Origin: Bacillota bacterium
GTDB taxonomy: Bacteria; Bacillota; Clostridia; Tissierellales; MES13
Length of the DNA: 64,000 nt
Direction of reading: 5' to 3'
Assembly (NCBI GenBank): GCA_009711785.1
Contig: VENA01000046.1
Coordinates: forward strand, 2,934-66,933
Positions 63,630-64,000 of this stretch are shown piece after piece; within the stretch, counting starts at the first letter, position 1, and each line of letters opens with the position of its first letter. The notes beneath the pieces were generated by a model. It made no database searches. It saw only the letters and a program-made list of their open reading frames with translations, and was not told the origin of the DNA. A program made the translations under genes and the position numbers.

Positions 63630-64000
63630 TTGAAAGACTTTAAGATGAAATATAAAAATATGAAAAGGTATAGAGAAATATCTAGAACACTTGCTAAATA
63701 CGGCTTTAGTATTATTTCTGATAAATTAGATTCAGGGAATTTTTTTAAAAAACATTTTTTAAAACGTTCTACTGATTTAAGTAAAAAATATTCAAGGGGA
63801 AAAAGAGTTAGATTAGCATTAGAAGAATTAGGGCCAACCTTTATTAAGTTAGGCCAACTTTTAAGTACTAGATATGATATTTTACCAGCTGATATAGTAG
63901 ATGAATTAACTATGCTACAGGATAATGTCGGGGAGTTTCCCTATGAAAAAGCTAGAGTGATTTTTAAAAGTGAAATAGGATTTGAAATTGAAGAAATTTT
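63630..64000 (+). CDS. ABC1/AarF/UbiB family atypical kinase (3' truncated by window edge)
   Basis: TTG start after AAGGGGTG; RYREI...[32 protein letters not shown]. Confidence 0.9.
   Translation, partial: MKDFKMKYKNMKRYREISRTLAKYGFSIISDKLDSGNFFKKHFLKRSTDLSKKYSRGKRVRLALEELGPTFIKLGQLLSTRYDILPADIVDELTMLQDNVGEFPYEKARVIFKSEIGFEIEEI

Overview
Low-GC chromosomal backbone of an endospore-forming anaerobic Firmicute (Clostridia/Tissierellia-like, inferred from gene content and order). In order: pgpH-ybeY-dgkA-cdd-era-yqzL-recO; T-box glyQS; ccpN-yqfL-dgt-yqxD-dnaG-sigA-trmK-nif3; RNase P RNA; cysE, dapF, a 2[4Fe-4S] ferredoxin, an MFS transporter, a RocB-like peptidase, a radical SAM gene and T-box asnA; spoIIAA-AB-sigF and a complete spoVA operon; PBP1A, yunB, hflX, nadE, yebC; bofC-like-ruvAB-spoIID-like-queA-tgt-yajC; the SCIFF ranthipeptide pair scfA/scfB; secDF; and a partial UbiB/AarF kinase. 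I saw no intact mobile element, prophage, CRISPR array, tRNA or rRNA. The most unusual signals are non-coding or fine-scale: (1) a ~75-nt hairpin exactly between the Shine-Dalgarno and the ATG of spoVAEa; (2) an orphan IS200/IS605 (TnpB) right-end/omega-RNA-like remnant abutting a radical SAM stop codon; (3) two genes that appear to start at ATT/ATA; (4) substitutions of normally invariant residues in SigA and Nif3; (5) several almost loopless palindromes. All calls come from reading the sequence; no database searches were run.
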